Notes: generated by a model from the letters alone, not told the origin. 64,000 nucleotides of DNA from a virus (IMGVR_UViG_3300020718_000009:39299-103298); one strand, 5' to 3'; shown: positions 39,783 to 48,932, counted from the first letter of the stretch. Numbers and translations: made by a program.

Positions 39783-40823
39783 ATGACTAGTCCTATACCT
39801 CGAATTGGTTTCTCATGCAAATGGATTGATAATCCCGAACAGGTAAATGGAATTAGCGTCAAAGATGATGCCAAAAAGTACAATACTGGTGGCACAACTA
39901 TGACCTGGCTAAGTAGGCAAAATCGTGAAGTAGCAGAACAAAAACTATGGGACTTAATGGTAGGTAACATAGAAGCAACAAGAAAGTTGGTGGAACGAGT
40001 TGGAAATTTACCTGAGTCCCTTCGCATGGTGCGTCTTAGCAGTGACATCCTTGGCGGTTATACTCACCGTGATTGGTCGTCCTTTTGGCAAAGGCGCGAT
40101 GTCCAGACGTACGCTGAAAGACACTTCGAACAAGTGGGAAATATTGCTAGGGCTACTAATGTTCGCCTCAGCTTTCATCCTGGTCAGTTTACAGTTTTGG
40201 CAAGTAGCAATCCAGGCATTGTTGAAAACAGCATAAAGGAGTTTGAATATCATGCAGATATGGCGCGTTGGATGGGTTACGGAAAAAAATTCCAAGATTT
40301 CAAGATTAACGTACACATCAGTGGCCGCGAAGGGCCTGAAGGGATTCGAAGAGCGTATAGCAAACTCTCATCTGAAGCCCGCAACTGTATTACAATTGAA
40401 AACGAAGAAAACGCATGGGGGTTAAATGATTGTCTTACCATTTCTGATATTGTTCCTATTGTGCTCGATATTCATCATCACTGGATCCGCGAAGGAGAAT
40501 ATATCCTACCTGGAGACGACCGTGTTAAAAGAGTTGTTGATAGTTGGCGCGGTGTTCGTCCTACTATGCATTATAGTATCAGCAGGGAAGATATATTGGT
40601 CAGACATGATACCGCAATCGCACCAGCATATCAGACACTTCTTTTAGAGGGTTACAAAAAACAAAAACTTAGAGCGCACTCAGATTTTTATTGGAATACT
40701 GCTTGCAACAAATGGGCACTATCCTTTAATGACCAGTTTGATATCATGTGCGAAAGTAAGGGAAAGAATTTAGCAAGTCAATTATTACACAATGAAAAAG
40801 ATAGAATGCTGGCCGCCACCTGA
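39783..40823 (+). CDS. uvsE: UV-damage endonuclease UvsE/UVDE
   Basis: RIGFSC, RLSS, RLSFHPGQFTVL, IENEE, VLDIHHH, AHSDF and MCESKGKN. Confidence 0.92.
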   Translation: MTSPIPRIGFSCKWIDNPEQVNGISVKDDAKKYNTGGTTMTWLSRQNREVAEQKLWDLMVGNIEATRKLVERVGNLPESLRMVRLSSDILGGYTHRDWSSFWQRRDVQTYAERHFEQVGNIARATNVRLSFHPGQFTVLASSNPGIVENSIKEFEYHADMARWMGYGKKFQDFKINVHISGREGPEGIRRAYSKLSSEARNCITIENEENAWGLNDCLTISDIVPIVLDIHHHWIREGEYILPGDDRVKRVVDSWRGVRPTMHYSISREDILVRHDTAIAPAYQTLLLEGYKKQKLRAHSDFYWNTACNKWALSFNDQFDIMCESKGKNLASQLLHNEKDRMLAAT

Positions 40824-41028
40824 GTGGACTGAAGTTGTAATAACATGGAATGATATACTACACCGCCGCCCGACATTTTTTCATGGCCGGATTAGATATA
40901 TTTTAGATTGGGTAGACCGGGTGCCCGGCGGCAAATACCACTTACACGGGCACAATAGTACAGAAGGGTTTGCTTTTAGATTTGAAGACCCAAAAGACGC
41001 AACATATTTTAAATTGAAATGGTTATAG
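40792..41028 (+). CDS. Small protein of the F-x-F...DA-x2-F-x-LK-W family
   Basis: C-terminus FAFRFEDPKDATYFKLKWL. Confidence 0.7.
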   Translation: MKKIECWPPPEWTEVVITWNDILHRRPTFFHGRIRYILDWVDRVPGGKYHLHGHNSTEGFAFRFEDPKDATYFKLKWL

Positions 41029-41029
41029 C

Positions 41030-41317
41030 ATGGAATGGATTACCGTAAGTTGGGCTTACATAAAACAAGACTGGAAAAGTAATCGCGTTAGATTTTGTGC
41101 TGAATTATTTGCTTGGGCATGTAGTGTTACCAGCGCCTGTATTTTTGCGGCAACAGTTCCAAACATTCCAGTCATACCGCTTTATACTATTTTTATCAGC
41201 GGGTGCATATCTTCTGGATGGGCTTGTTGGAGCAGACGGAGTTTTGGATTACTCGCTAACTCCGTCTTTTTAGTTACTATTGATTCTATTGGTTTAATTA
41301 GAATGCTACTTCAATAA
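41030..41317 (+). CDS. Small multi-TM membrane protein
   Basis: Three hydrophobic segments. Confidence 0.7.
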   Translation: MEWITVSWAYIKQDWKSNRVRFCAELFAWACSVTSACIFAATVPNIPVIPLYTIFISGCISSGWACWSRRSFGLLANSVFLVTIDSIGLIRMLLQ

Positions 41318-41326
41318 CATTTAAAA

Positions 41327-41548
41327 TTATTTTGTATCAGCTTTTTTACTTTTAGCACGACTTTTAGAAGCAGCTTTAACTACAGGTTTATCATCTTTTT
41401 TAACTGCCGTTGTCTTAGCAGATTTTTTAGGTGCCGGAAAATCCCACGCTTTATCATTGGCTGCGACTTCAACCTTATAAGGTGCTTTGGGAGCAGGTGC
41501 TGATTCTTTTGATTTTGCTTTAAAAAAGCTGGTTAGAAATTTTAACAT
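41327..41548 (-). CDS. Small Lys/Ala-rich basic protein
   Basis: AGGAG RBS and TTAAATA on minus strand; APYKVE. Confidence 0.7.
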   Translation of the reverse strand: MLKFLTSFFKAKSKESAPAPKAPYKVEVAANDKAWDFPAPKKSAKTTAVKKDDKPVVKAASKSRAKSKKADTK

Positions 41549-41594
41549 TGTAATTCTCCTTGTAGTGTATTTAATCCATTATTGCCAGACGGGC

Positions 41595-41623
41595 TTGATT
41601 TAAATGTTGCGATCGCATATAAT
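41595..41623 (+). promoter_or_regulatory. sigma70 promoter with PhaR-type palindrome in spacer
   Basis: TTGATT-17-TATAAT; TGCGATCGCA at 41608-41617. Confidence 0.65.
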
Positions 41624-41675
41624 AACTAAATACAATATCAGTATTTCTACTGATATAAAGAAAAGGAGTCACAAA

Positions 41676-41816
41676 ATGACAAAATTATTAAAACAATTTA
41701 CCCAATTGTTTGCAACAAAGACAACAAGATTAGAAGAATTTTTAGCATCAAAGTCAATCAAAACTCATGCAGATGTAGAGTACTGGTCCAAATACTTTGA
41801 ATCAAGAGGATTTTAA
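41676..41816 (+). CDS. 46-aa protein (DUF3563-like)
   Basis: AAGGAG RBS; LEEFLASKS...ADVEYW. Confidence 0.6.
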   Translation: MTKLLKQFTQLFATKTTRLEEFLASKSIKTHADVEYWSKYFESRGF

Positions 41817-41817
41817 T

Positions 41818-41934
41818 ATGAAAACAATACTAAAGTCTATTTCCAATTTTATTATGGCCTGCACAGAAGCTTGTTATGCAGCACACCTGACCCGTAATGG
41901 TCAGCACACTAGAGCCAAAGACATATACAAATAA
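41818..41934 (+). CDS. 38-aa hypothetical peptide (not in ORF track)
   Basis: GAGG RBS; MKTILKSISNF...AAHLTRNGQH. Confidence 0.6.
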   Translation: MKTILKSISNFIMACTEACYAAHLTRNGQHTRAKDIYK

Positions 41935-41935
41935 A

Positions 41936-42493
41936 ATGTTTACTACAGAGTTTCTGGATACAAAAGACCATTACCTTTACGGGGATTGGTTAAACAACCA
42001 GGATGCCGAAACTCAACAACTATATTTTGGTATAGCCAGCAGTTCTGGCCTAATTGAGCGCCTAGTAGATCGAATTAAAGCTGAATCAAATCAACATGAA
42101 ATTTTAGTGGCACAAAATTGCAACGGTTGGGTAGGAACTCTCCACATTGCTAAAATTAACAACAGCGCAGTGGAGTTTGGCATAATTGTTCATAAAGATT
42201 ACCGTGGCAACGGTATTGGCAATAGTATGTTAGAAGAAGCCATAGTCTGGGCCCGGAATCGTAATTACAGTGAATTGTTTATGCATTGCCTGGGTTATAA
42301 TAAACCCATACAACATTTGTGTCACAAGCATGGCCTATTACCACGTAGCATAATGGGTGATAGCGAGGTAAACATACGGTTAAATCCGCCAAGTTGGGCG
42401 ACTATTGTTCAAGAAGCAGGAATAAGACAGCGCAATGTTTATCACACATTTTTACAAAACAGCAAGTTTTTATACCAAGAAATTTACGGATAA
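41936..42493 (+). CDS. GNAT acetyltransferase
   Basis: EFGIIVHKDYRGNGIG acetyl-CoA-binding motif; N..IQHL..KHG. Confidence 0.85.
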   Translation: MFTTEFLDTKDHYLYGDWLNNQDAETQQLYFGIASSSGLIERLVDRIKAESNQHEILVAQNCNGWVGTLHIAKINNSAVEFGIIVHKDYRGNGIGNSMLEEAIVWARNRNYSELFMHCLGYNKPIQHLCHKHGLLPRSIMGDSEVNIRLNPPSWATIVQEAGIRQRNVYHTFLQNSKFLYQEIYG

Positions 42494-42500
42494 GTACTTA

Positions 42501-43205
42501 ATGATTACAATAATAGCAACCTTGGTAATGGTTCAAATTACCATAGCATGTGTCACTGTTTATTTACACCGCGGTCAAGCTCACAAAGGATTGACATTTA
42601 ATCCAGTATTAGAGCATTTTATGAGATTCCAGTTATGGTTGACCACCGGTATGGTTACTAAGCAATGGGTCGCTATACATCGCAAACATCATAGATTTGA
42701 TGACGCCGAAGGAGACCCACATAGTCCACATGTTTTTGGAATATGGACGGTATTCTTCAAAGGCGCGCTACTTTATACTAAAGCTGCCAAAGATAAGCAA
42801 ATGATTCAACAATATGGGGTAGGAACACCTGATGATTGGATTGAACATAATTTGTATACCAAGTACAATTTCCTAGGTATATTTCTTATGTTAATACTAG
42901 ACCTTTATCTTTTCCAGCTATGGGGTTTTATAGTTTGGGGAATACAGATGATTTGGATTCCTTTATGGGCCGCGGGAGTTGTAAATGGATTTGGACATTG
43001 GTGGGGATATCGTAATAAAGACACCCAGGACTTTAGTCGTAATTTAACTCCTTGGGCTGTATGGATCGGCGGCGAAGAATTGCACAATAATCATCACGCA
43101 GAACCAGGCAATCCTAAATTAAGTCGAAAGTCATTTGAATTTGATATTGGCTGGTTATATATCAAAGTGCTCGAAAAACTACGTCTGGTAACTCTCCGCA
43201 ATTAA
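42501..43205 (+). CDS. Acyl-CoA/fatty-acid delta-9-type desaturase (DesA-like)
   Basis: His boxes HRGQAH, HRKHH and HNNHH; DPHSP; EFDIGW. Confidence 0.92.
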   Translation: MITIIATLVMVQITIACVTVYLHRGQAHKGLTFNPVLEHFMRFQLWLTTGMVTKQWVAIHRKHHRFDDAEGDPHSPHVFGIWTVFFKGALLYTKAAKDKQMIQQYGVGTPDDWIEHNLYTKYNFLGIFLMLILDLYLFQLWGFIVWGIQMIWIPLWAAGVVNGFGHWWGYRNKDTQDFSRNLTPWAVWIGGEELHNNHHAEPGNPKLSRKSFEFDIGWLYIKVLEKLRLVTLRN

Positions 43206-43220
43206 TTTTGCCAAAAGGAC

Positions 43221-43279
43221 TTGAAAAAAATGTGCGGTCGCAATATAATATAAGTATATTATATGTTGCGAAGCAACAT
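43221..43279 (+). promoter_or_regulatory. sigma70 promoter with two PhaR-type palindromes
   Basis: TTGAAA-17-TATAAT; TGCGGTCGCA 43233-43242; TGTTGCGAAGCAACA 43264-43278. Confidence 0.65.
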
Positions 43280-43297
43280 AAGTAATAGTGAGAACAG

Positions 43298-43355
43298 TTA
43301 GTGCCGAATGGTTCGGGCTAATAAAAAACCTCGCTTAATTTTAAGGAGATTTACC
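43298..43355 (+). promoter_or_regulatory. ROSE-like RNA thermometer
   Basis: TTAGtGCCGAA-tgg-TTCGGgCTAA hairpin, then CTCGCT-TAATTTT-AAGGAG. Confidence 0.55.
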
Positions 43356-43613
43356 ATGGAATTATTTAATATTGATACAATCAAAGAAGCATTAAACCCA
43401 GCTAAGTTTATTGACCAAGCTGAAAAAAATACCCAAGCTGTTTTATCCTATGTACAACCTAAAGAACTCAGCAAGACTTTGGTTGCGTTCACATCTGATG
43501 TTACTGATTTTGCTCGCGCACAAATAGCCGCATTTGAATCGATTACAGCTATTGCCAAGTCTTCAGCAGAAGAATTTACCAAAAGTTTAGAAAAATCTGT
43601 AAAATCTAAGTAA
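43356..43613 (+). CDS. Amphipathic helical protein, phasin-like
   Basis: 85 aa, Ala/Lys/Ser-rich helices; own promoter, RBS and terminator; upstream TGC-N3/4-GCA boxes. Confidence 0.4.
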   Translation: MELFNIDTIKEALNPAKFIDQAEKNTQAVLSYVQPKELSKTLVAFTSDVTDFARAQIAAFESITAIAKSSAEEFTKSLEKSVKSK

Positions 43614-43664
43614 TAGAACACATCCTGTATGCCTATTGTAGTGGCACACTTTATAGGATCTTTT

Positions 43665-43689
43665 AAGCCCTGGTAACAGGGCTTTTTTT
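43665..43689 (+). terminator. Rho-independent terminator
   Basis: AAGCCCTG-GTAA-CAGGGCTT plus T run. Confidence 0.85.
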
Positions 43690-43794
43690 ACCTCCAAACT
43701 TTATAATTTTGGATTCGTCCAGTTATTACCATAAATACTAGCTATTCCGATGTACCTGTAGTATAATATACATATATTAAACAAGTTAAAGATT

Positions 43795-44376
43795 ATGGCC
43801 CTGCAACCACACGAAACCGATAATTCCGAAAAAGACCCGTCAAAGTTATTACAAGACCATGGCATGTATGTCTTTATGGGCGAAGTTAGCGATGAGACTA
43901 TCAAACCAATTATTGAGTGGATCCTAGTTGAAAATCATGTAACCAAGAAAAAGAAAAAAGAATTACTATTAATGATTTGTTCAGAGGGTGGTAGTGTCGA
44001 AGATGCTTTTGCTTTAATTGATGTAATGTTCTCGTCAAGCATTCCGATTAAAACTGTAGGATTGGGCTGTATTGCTAGTTCAGGTTTATTAATATTTTTA
44101 GCTGGTTATCCTGGGCGTCGAATACTAACTCCTAACACTAGTATATTATCTCACCAATATTCTAATTTCCATGAAGGCAAAGCACACGAATTATTTGCTA
44201 TTGCTAAAGAACATAATTTAATACAAGCTCGTATGTTGGCACATTATCATAAAACAACTGGATTGCCACAAGATGTTATATTGTCAAAACTATTGCCGCC
44301 ATCTGATATATACCTTACTGCCGAAGAAGCAGTAGGACTTGGCATTTGCGATTTTATTTCTGATCTTAAAAAATAA
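43795..44376 (+). CDS. Divergent ClpP-family protease
   Basis: ICSEGGSV, GCIASSG, R..TPN..ILSHQ and D.YLTAEEAV.LG.CD. Confidence 0.82.
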   Translation: MALQPHETDNSEKDPSKLLQDHGMYVFMGEVSDETIKPIIEWILVENHVTKKKKKELLLMICSEGGSVEDAFALIDVMFSSSIPIKTVGLGCIASSGLLIFLAGYPGRRILTPNTSILSHQYSNFHEGKAHELFAIAKEHNLIQARMLAHYHKTTGLPQDVILSKLLPPSDIYLTAEEAVGLGICDFISDLKK

Positions 44377-45738
44377 TTAACGCTGAAACTTACGTCCGTA
44401 AACTTTAATATTGTCTTTTTTAGGTTCAACAACGTCAGGTTGAATGATTGGGCTGACAATGTGTCCTGGTTGTGGCTGGGATTCTTTAATTTTACTGCCG
44501 CCGATTTGTGTTAATTTTTCAAGCATTGGTCCTGACTCAAAATAATTACGATAAGCATCACCCATTTTTTGTGTACGGAATTGACAAAGTTTATTGGCTT
44601 TTTTTAATCCATTAGTATCGTCTGGTTTGACCCAAATTTGAATAGTTCGATTTTTGTCCCCGCTATTCATTGTAGCATCTAAATCTAACTTAGTCATAGC
44701 ATCTGCTAGGTTATCACTAAATCTTAAAATTTTGTAATTGCCTTCTTTGATTTTATCGTCAAGTTTAACAATTTCAACATCTTCACCGCTAGCACCCCGA
44801 GCATGAAAATTAGCTGCTTTGGCCAAGTGTCTAACAATTTCAGCATCTTGTCCTGGAGTTTGTTTATCTAAAAGATATTTAATTTGAGGGAAGTAAACGT
44901 CATATAATTTTAACAGCATCTTAAATCCGTCTTCGGGAGTTTTAGCTGATTCAATTTGTGTCTTGTGTTTACTAATATCAATATTAAAACTAGTTTGAAA
45001 CCATCTACTAACTTGATCAAATGTAACTCCGGAAATTTGACCCAGTGTATCTGAACTATAAGTTTTTAAACTAAACAAGTTAACTTTTTTGCCGTCAATT
45101 GTTAATATTAGATCAGCTTTGGTCATTTTAGAATCACTAGTGCCATCTGAGGTTATATGAATTTGATTAGTGTTAGGATCATTTTGAGTTTTTTTAATGC
45201 TCTCCGCAACACTGGGCGCTTCGTTGACATATAAAACTGAAGATGCCATAACAGATTGTATATCGGCTGTAAATTGTCGAGTGTTAACTTGTGCCATAAA
45301 TGCTTCGGCTGACTTCCCAGGTATTACTCCGCGGAACGTTAAATGGTCTGGTTTGCCTTTAATAGTGACTGGGTATGTAATATCACGACTAATGGTAAAG
45401 ACAATGTTTGAAGTTATTTTACCAGTTTTTGGATTAGTGTGGGAATTAACTTGACTAAACGTAAACATGTCAACCATTTGAGATACCGAAATAGGATTAC
45501 CAAGATTAAAAAATTTAGCAGTTACAGCCAGTCCCATGAATAATTCTGCGAGGTGACCAGTGTTATATGGTTTTGTTATATGGGCTGTAGGAGTTGTTTT
45601 TTGTGGTACTATTGGAACATTGTTAGATACTGTATCAGCATCTGGGGCATTTGTGTCCGGTACTTCTGGATTCAAATCGTCTAATTCGATTGGTTCCGTC
45701 GAACCCTTTTCCATGATGATATTGAGTAATTCACGCAT
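44377..45738 (-). CDS. Hypothetical protein with PD-(D/E)XK-like nuclease motif
   Basis: MRELLNIIME leader; GHLAE...TKADLIL...FSLKT. Confidence 0.55.
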   Translation of the reverse strand: MRELLNIIMEKGSTEPIELDDLNPEVPDTNAPDADTVSNNVPIVPQKTTPTAHITKPYNTGHLAELFMGLAVTAKFFNLGNPISVSQMVDMFTFSQVNSHTNPKTGKITSNIVFTISRDITYPVTIKGKPDHLTFRGVIPGKSAEAFMAQVNTRQFTADIQSVMASSVLYVNEAPSVAESIKKTQNDPNTNQIHITSDGTSDSKMTKADLILTIDGKKVNLFSLKTYSSDTLGQISGVTFDQVSRWFQTSFNIDISKHKTQIESAKTPEDGFKMLLKLYDVYFPQIKYLLDKQTPGQDAEIVRHLAKAANFHARGASGEDVEIVKLDDKIKEGNYKILRFSDNLADAMTKLDLDATMNSGDKNRTIQIWVKPDDTNGLKKANKLCQFRTQKMGDAYRNYFESGPMLEKLTQIGGSKIKESQPQPGHIVSPIIQPDVVEPKKDNIKVYGRKFQR

Positions 45739-45792
45739 TTGACTATTTCCATTTAATATGTTATACTATTACTTATTACAAAAAGGATCAAT

Positions 45793-46386
45793 ATGCCAAG
45801 TTTAATTCCCATGGTTGTAGAGCAAACAGAAAAGGGTGAACGCTCGTACGATATTTACTCTCGACTGCTCAAAGACCGCATTGTTATGCTGGATACAGAT
45901 GTCAACGAACATACTGCCAGTTTAATTGTAGCGCAAATACTATTTCTAGAAAGTGAGGATCCCGATGCCGACATTCTTTTTTATATTAATAGCCCTGGTG
46001 GAAGTGTTACTGCTGGTATGGCTATTTACGATACTTTACAATTTGTTCGTCCTGATATAAGCACTATTGTAATGGGGCAGGCTTGTTCGATGGGAAGTTT
46101 ATTAGCCCAATCCGGAACCCCGGGAAAACGATTGATACTACCCAATGCTCGCCACATGATTCATCAGCCATCAGGCGGCGCACAAGGACAAGCAACTGAT
46201 ATACAAATCCAAGCACAAGAAATACTTAAAATGAAACAGTACTTGACTGAAATTTATGTCAAACATAATTCTGTGGGCAAATCCTTTGAAATACTATCTG
46301 CTGATATGGAACGTGATTTATTCATGTCGGCCCAAGAAGCAGTGGATTACGGCCTAGCAGATCGTATAGTAACAGCCCGGGAATAA
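45793..46386 (+). CDS. clpP: ATP-dependent Clp protease proteolytic subunit
   Basis: [26 protein letters not shown]; YINSPGG; ACSMG; MIHQP; ERD.FM. Confidence 0.96.
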   Translation: MPSLIPMVVEQTEKGERSYDIYSRLLKDRIVMLDTDVNEHTASLIVAQILFLESEDPDADILFYINSPGGSVTAGMAIYDTLQFVRPDISTIVMGQACSMGSLLAQSGTPGKRLILPNARHMIHQPSGGAQGQATDIQIQAQEILKMKQYLTEIYVKHNSVGKSFEILSADMERDLFMSAQEAVDYGLADRIVTARE

Positions 46387-46388
46387 TC

Positions 46389-46468
46389 GTTGTTTTTATA
46401 CAACAGATGTTTTGGTTGACATTTAATCCTTTTGATACTATAATAGTTGTATAGTTAATAACAAGGAG
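46389..46468 (+). promoter_or_regulatory. Operator + consensus sigma70 promoter + RBS
   Basis: GTTGT-N6-ACAAC 46389-46404; TTGACA-17-TATAAT 46416-46444; leader nearly identical to 24811-24840. Confidence 0.85.
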
Positions 46469-46473
46469 TTGAA

Positions 46474-46872
46474 ATGGAAACATTTAAAGTAGCTGGTGTA
46501 AGTAGACAAAACGGTGTAGTTAAGGCACGTTTTGCACGAGATTTGAATCGTGTAAAAGTACTTCAACGTGCTGGACATACTGACATTGGCCTCGTTGAAT
46601 TGCCCACAGCCTTAACTAAAATTGAAGCCGCAAAATATTTGTTGGCAAACAATTTTGATCGCGGTGACGCAGAAATTCAACGTGCTCTTAGTCATGTTGT
46701 TCCTGGTGCTAAATTATCGGGTCGTACTGTAAAAATTAAAGTACCGCCTAAGTTTATGGTAGAATTAGTGGGTGCTAAGGTTGAAGTTGAAGAAGTACTA
46801 ACAGCCAAAGAAGCCGCTAAAATACGTGCAGAATTTAACTGCCGTGTGAAAGAAGCATACGAAGCTAATTAA
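46474..46872 (+). CDS. Early hypothetical protein
   Basis: F.VAGVS..NG..K.RFA.D..RVK.L...GHTDI. Confidence 0.8.
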   Translation: METFKVAGVSRQNGVVKARFARDLNRVKVLQRAGHTDIGLVELPTALTKIEAAKYLLANNFDRGDAEIQRALSHVVPGAKLSGRTVKIKVPPKFMVELVGAKVEVEEVLTAKEAAKIRAEFNCRVKEAYEAN

Positions 46873-46989
46873 TGAGTCAAAAGTCAATTTGGTGGGTGTG
46901 GGTTATTTTATTAGTACTGGGGTCAGCCGAAGCATACATCATTTGGGCAATTAAAAATATACTTTGAACAACACAACCCAGCTAAAGAC

Positions 46990-47018
46990 TTGACAATTAA
47001 TTCGATTGGTATTATAAT
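46990..47018 (+). promoter_or_regulatory. Consensus sigma70 promoter
   Basis: TTGACA-17-TATAAT. Confidence 0.85.
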
Positions 47019-47079
47019 TTTTATAGTAGTAAATTTTTACAATTTAAAGCAGTAACTCATATCGCCAAGAAAGGAACAA

Positions 47080-48081
47080 ATGAGTAAGAAAAATATGCGT
47101 GTAGAAGCATTCGATCCAAGCGCAGGATCTAGCAGTAAGAAAATCAATATCGTGTCAGTAGCTCGAGCCGTAGCAGACGCCAACGGTGAAACGGTTACCG
47201 CAGCGCACGACGAATCATACAAAGATAAAATCAAATTTGCTTGGGTCCCACCTGCAAAAGCATTTATTAACTATGAACGTCAACGTTGGCCCGAACCTCC
47301 CCATATTAAAAAATTAACGGGCAAATGGAACATCATTTGTGTGACCCCATTACAAGCTCGTTATAGCCGATCAGAAGACCGTTATTATATTGCCGACGGA
47401 CAGCAACACGGTATCGCTTGGATACTTAAATATGGTCCTGACGCACTATTGCCAGTAGCATATATTGAGTCCGAAGATGAAAACGACGAATCAACAATGT
47501 TGATCGAACTTAACACTGGTAATGAGCCAATGAAGCCTTATTTTATTCACAAACAACATGTGGTAATGGGTTTTCCAGAAGCAGTGGATCTTGAAAATAC
47601 GGTTACTGCCGCGGCATGTCAAGTGTCTTATCGCAAGCGTTCAGCAGGATGTATTACTAATATTGGTCACTTGCACATAGCTCGCGACAGCTTTGGATTA
47701 CGTGAGCTGGAAACGGGATTAATTAAAATGAAACAGCACTGGCCCACCAAGTATATTCAAACAGATACACTACGTGGTCTATTGCAAATTCGCAAACTGC
47801 TCAAGGACAAAAAAATCAACACATACACAGATGACCTTTTTGACGACATCATTCGCACAGTTAAAGTACGTTTCTTAGATGAGTCGGGTGTTGTGGATGC
47901 CAAGGTCCTGTTTAATGCTGTACAAGAACAATGCCGTGTGGATTTAGAAACTACAGCTATAGATGCTGAAAGTAAAATGGCTTCGGGTATTTTATCCATC
48001 TACGAGCAAGTAAAAGGTGTGGATGTGGTCAAAGGTCGTCGTCCATTTAAAGACTTGACAATGCCAGTTATTAAGGTCTAA
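47080..48081 (+). CDS. ParB/Srx-fold protein (DGQxH motif)
   Basis: ERQR...YYIADGQQH...E...LIELN. Confidence 0.65.
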   Translation: MSKKNMRVEAFDPSAGSSSKKINIVSVARAVADANGETVTAAHDESYKDKIKFAWVPPAKAFINYERQRWPEPPHIKKLTGKWNIICVTPLQARYSRSEDRYYIADGQQHGIAWILKYGPDALLPVAYIESEDENDESTMLIELNTGNEPMKPYFIHKQHVVMGFPEAVDLENTVTAAACQVSYRKRSAGCITNIGHLHIARDSFGLRELETGLIKMKQHWPTKYIQTDTLRGLLQIRKLLKDKKINTYTDDLFDDIIRTVKVRFLDESGVVDAKVLFNAVQEQCRVDLETTAIDAESKMASGILSIYEQVKGVDVVKGRRPFKDLTMPVIKV

Positions 48082-48082
48082 T

Positions 48083-48520
48083 ATGAATATTCAATTGGGA
48101 TATAACAAAAAGACCTATGGCTCACATGCCACTTACGCTAGGTTCGTACAAGCAGTTAATGATGGTGAAGCCATTCCTGTTGCCATGCGCCATGTTTGGG
48201 TGGGTAAGAACCATAGAACTGGGCGAGCAGGACACGATGCCATGCTGGCCATCTGTGGGGAAAAGTGTGCCAATCCTCGTTGCGGTCGTGTACTAGATTA
48301 TAGCTTAGGTGGCAATATCAAAGGCAAGAAAAAAGCCCCCGATACACAACCCTCCCTGGATCATATTATGCCCACAACACGTGGCGGGGCAGACTCCATT
48401 GAGAACTATCAAGTATTATGTACCCCCTGTAATACTGCCAAGAATGCTATGTGGGGACAAGAAGACGCAGAACGTTTACGTGGCTTAGCAGATATGATTC
48501 AAGGAGGCCAAAATGTCTAG
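48083..48520 (+). CDS. HNH endonuclease
   Basis: C..RC; SLDHIMPTTRGGADSIENYQVLCTPCN.AK. Confidence 0.85.
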   Translation: MNIQLGYNKKTYGSHATYARFVQAVNDGEAIPVAMRHVWVGKNHRTGRAGHDAMLAICGEKCANPRCGRVLDYSLGGNIKGKKKAPDTQPSLDHIMPTTRGGADSIENYQVLCTPCNTAKNAMWGQEDAERLRGLADMIQGGQNV

Positions 48521-48932
48521 AATTAGTTTAGCAAAACAGTACGCTCCTGTTTGTGCCCACCCTCATTGTAACAATAAGGTAAGTTATCACTCTAAATATA
48601 TTAAAACTGATGGCACCCCGGGCTGGCATTGGAAAACGTTTTGCGATCAACATCGTACTGTAAAGAGCGCAGACAGAGCGATCTTTATGCGGTCTAAAAA
48701 TGGATGTGAAAATAGATATGGTGATTTAGGGCTTACGTGGGTTTGTCGGGATCCTGATACTCCTAGTCTTACTACTGATCATTGGGACGGCAATAAGCAT
48801 AATAATGATCAAGATAATATAGTAATACTTTGTGCCAATTGTCATAATCGCAAAACAAAGTTGTTTGGCGATACTAGCACACGTTATAAGAACTATACAG
48901 AAAAGTTTGACGACTTCTTTGAATATACTTAA
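48513..48932 (+). CDS. HNH endonuclease with N-terminal Cys/His cluster
   Basis: CAHPHC...CDQH; DHWDGNKHNNDQDNIVILCANCHNRKT. Confidence 0.85.
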   Translation: MSRISLAKQYAPVCAHPHCNNKVSYHSKYIKTDGTPGWHWKTFCDQHRTVKSADRAIFMRSKNGCENRYGDLGLTWVCRDPDTPSLTTDHWDGNKHNNDQDNIVILCANCHNRKTKLFGDTSTRYKNYTEKFDDFFEYT

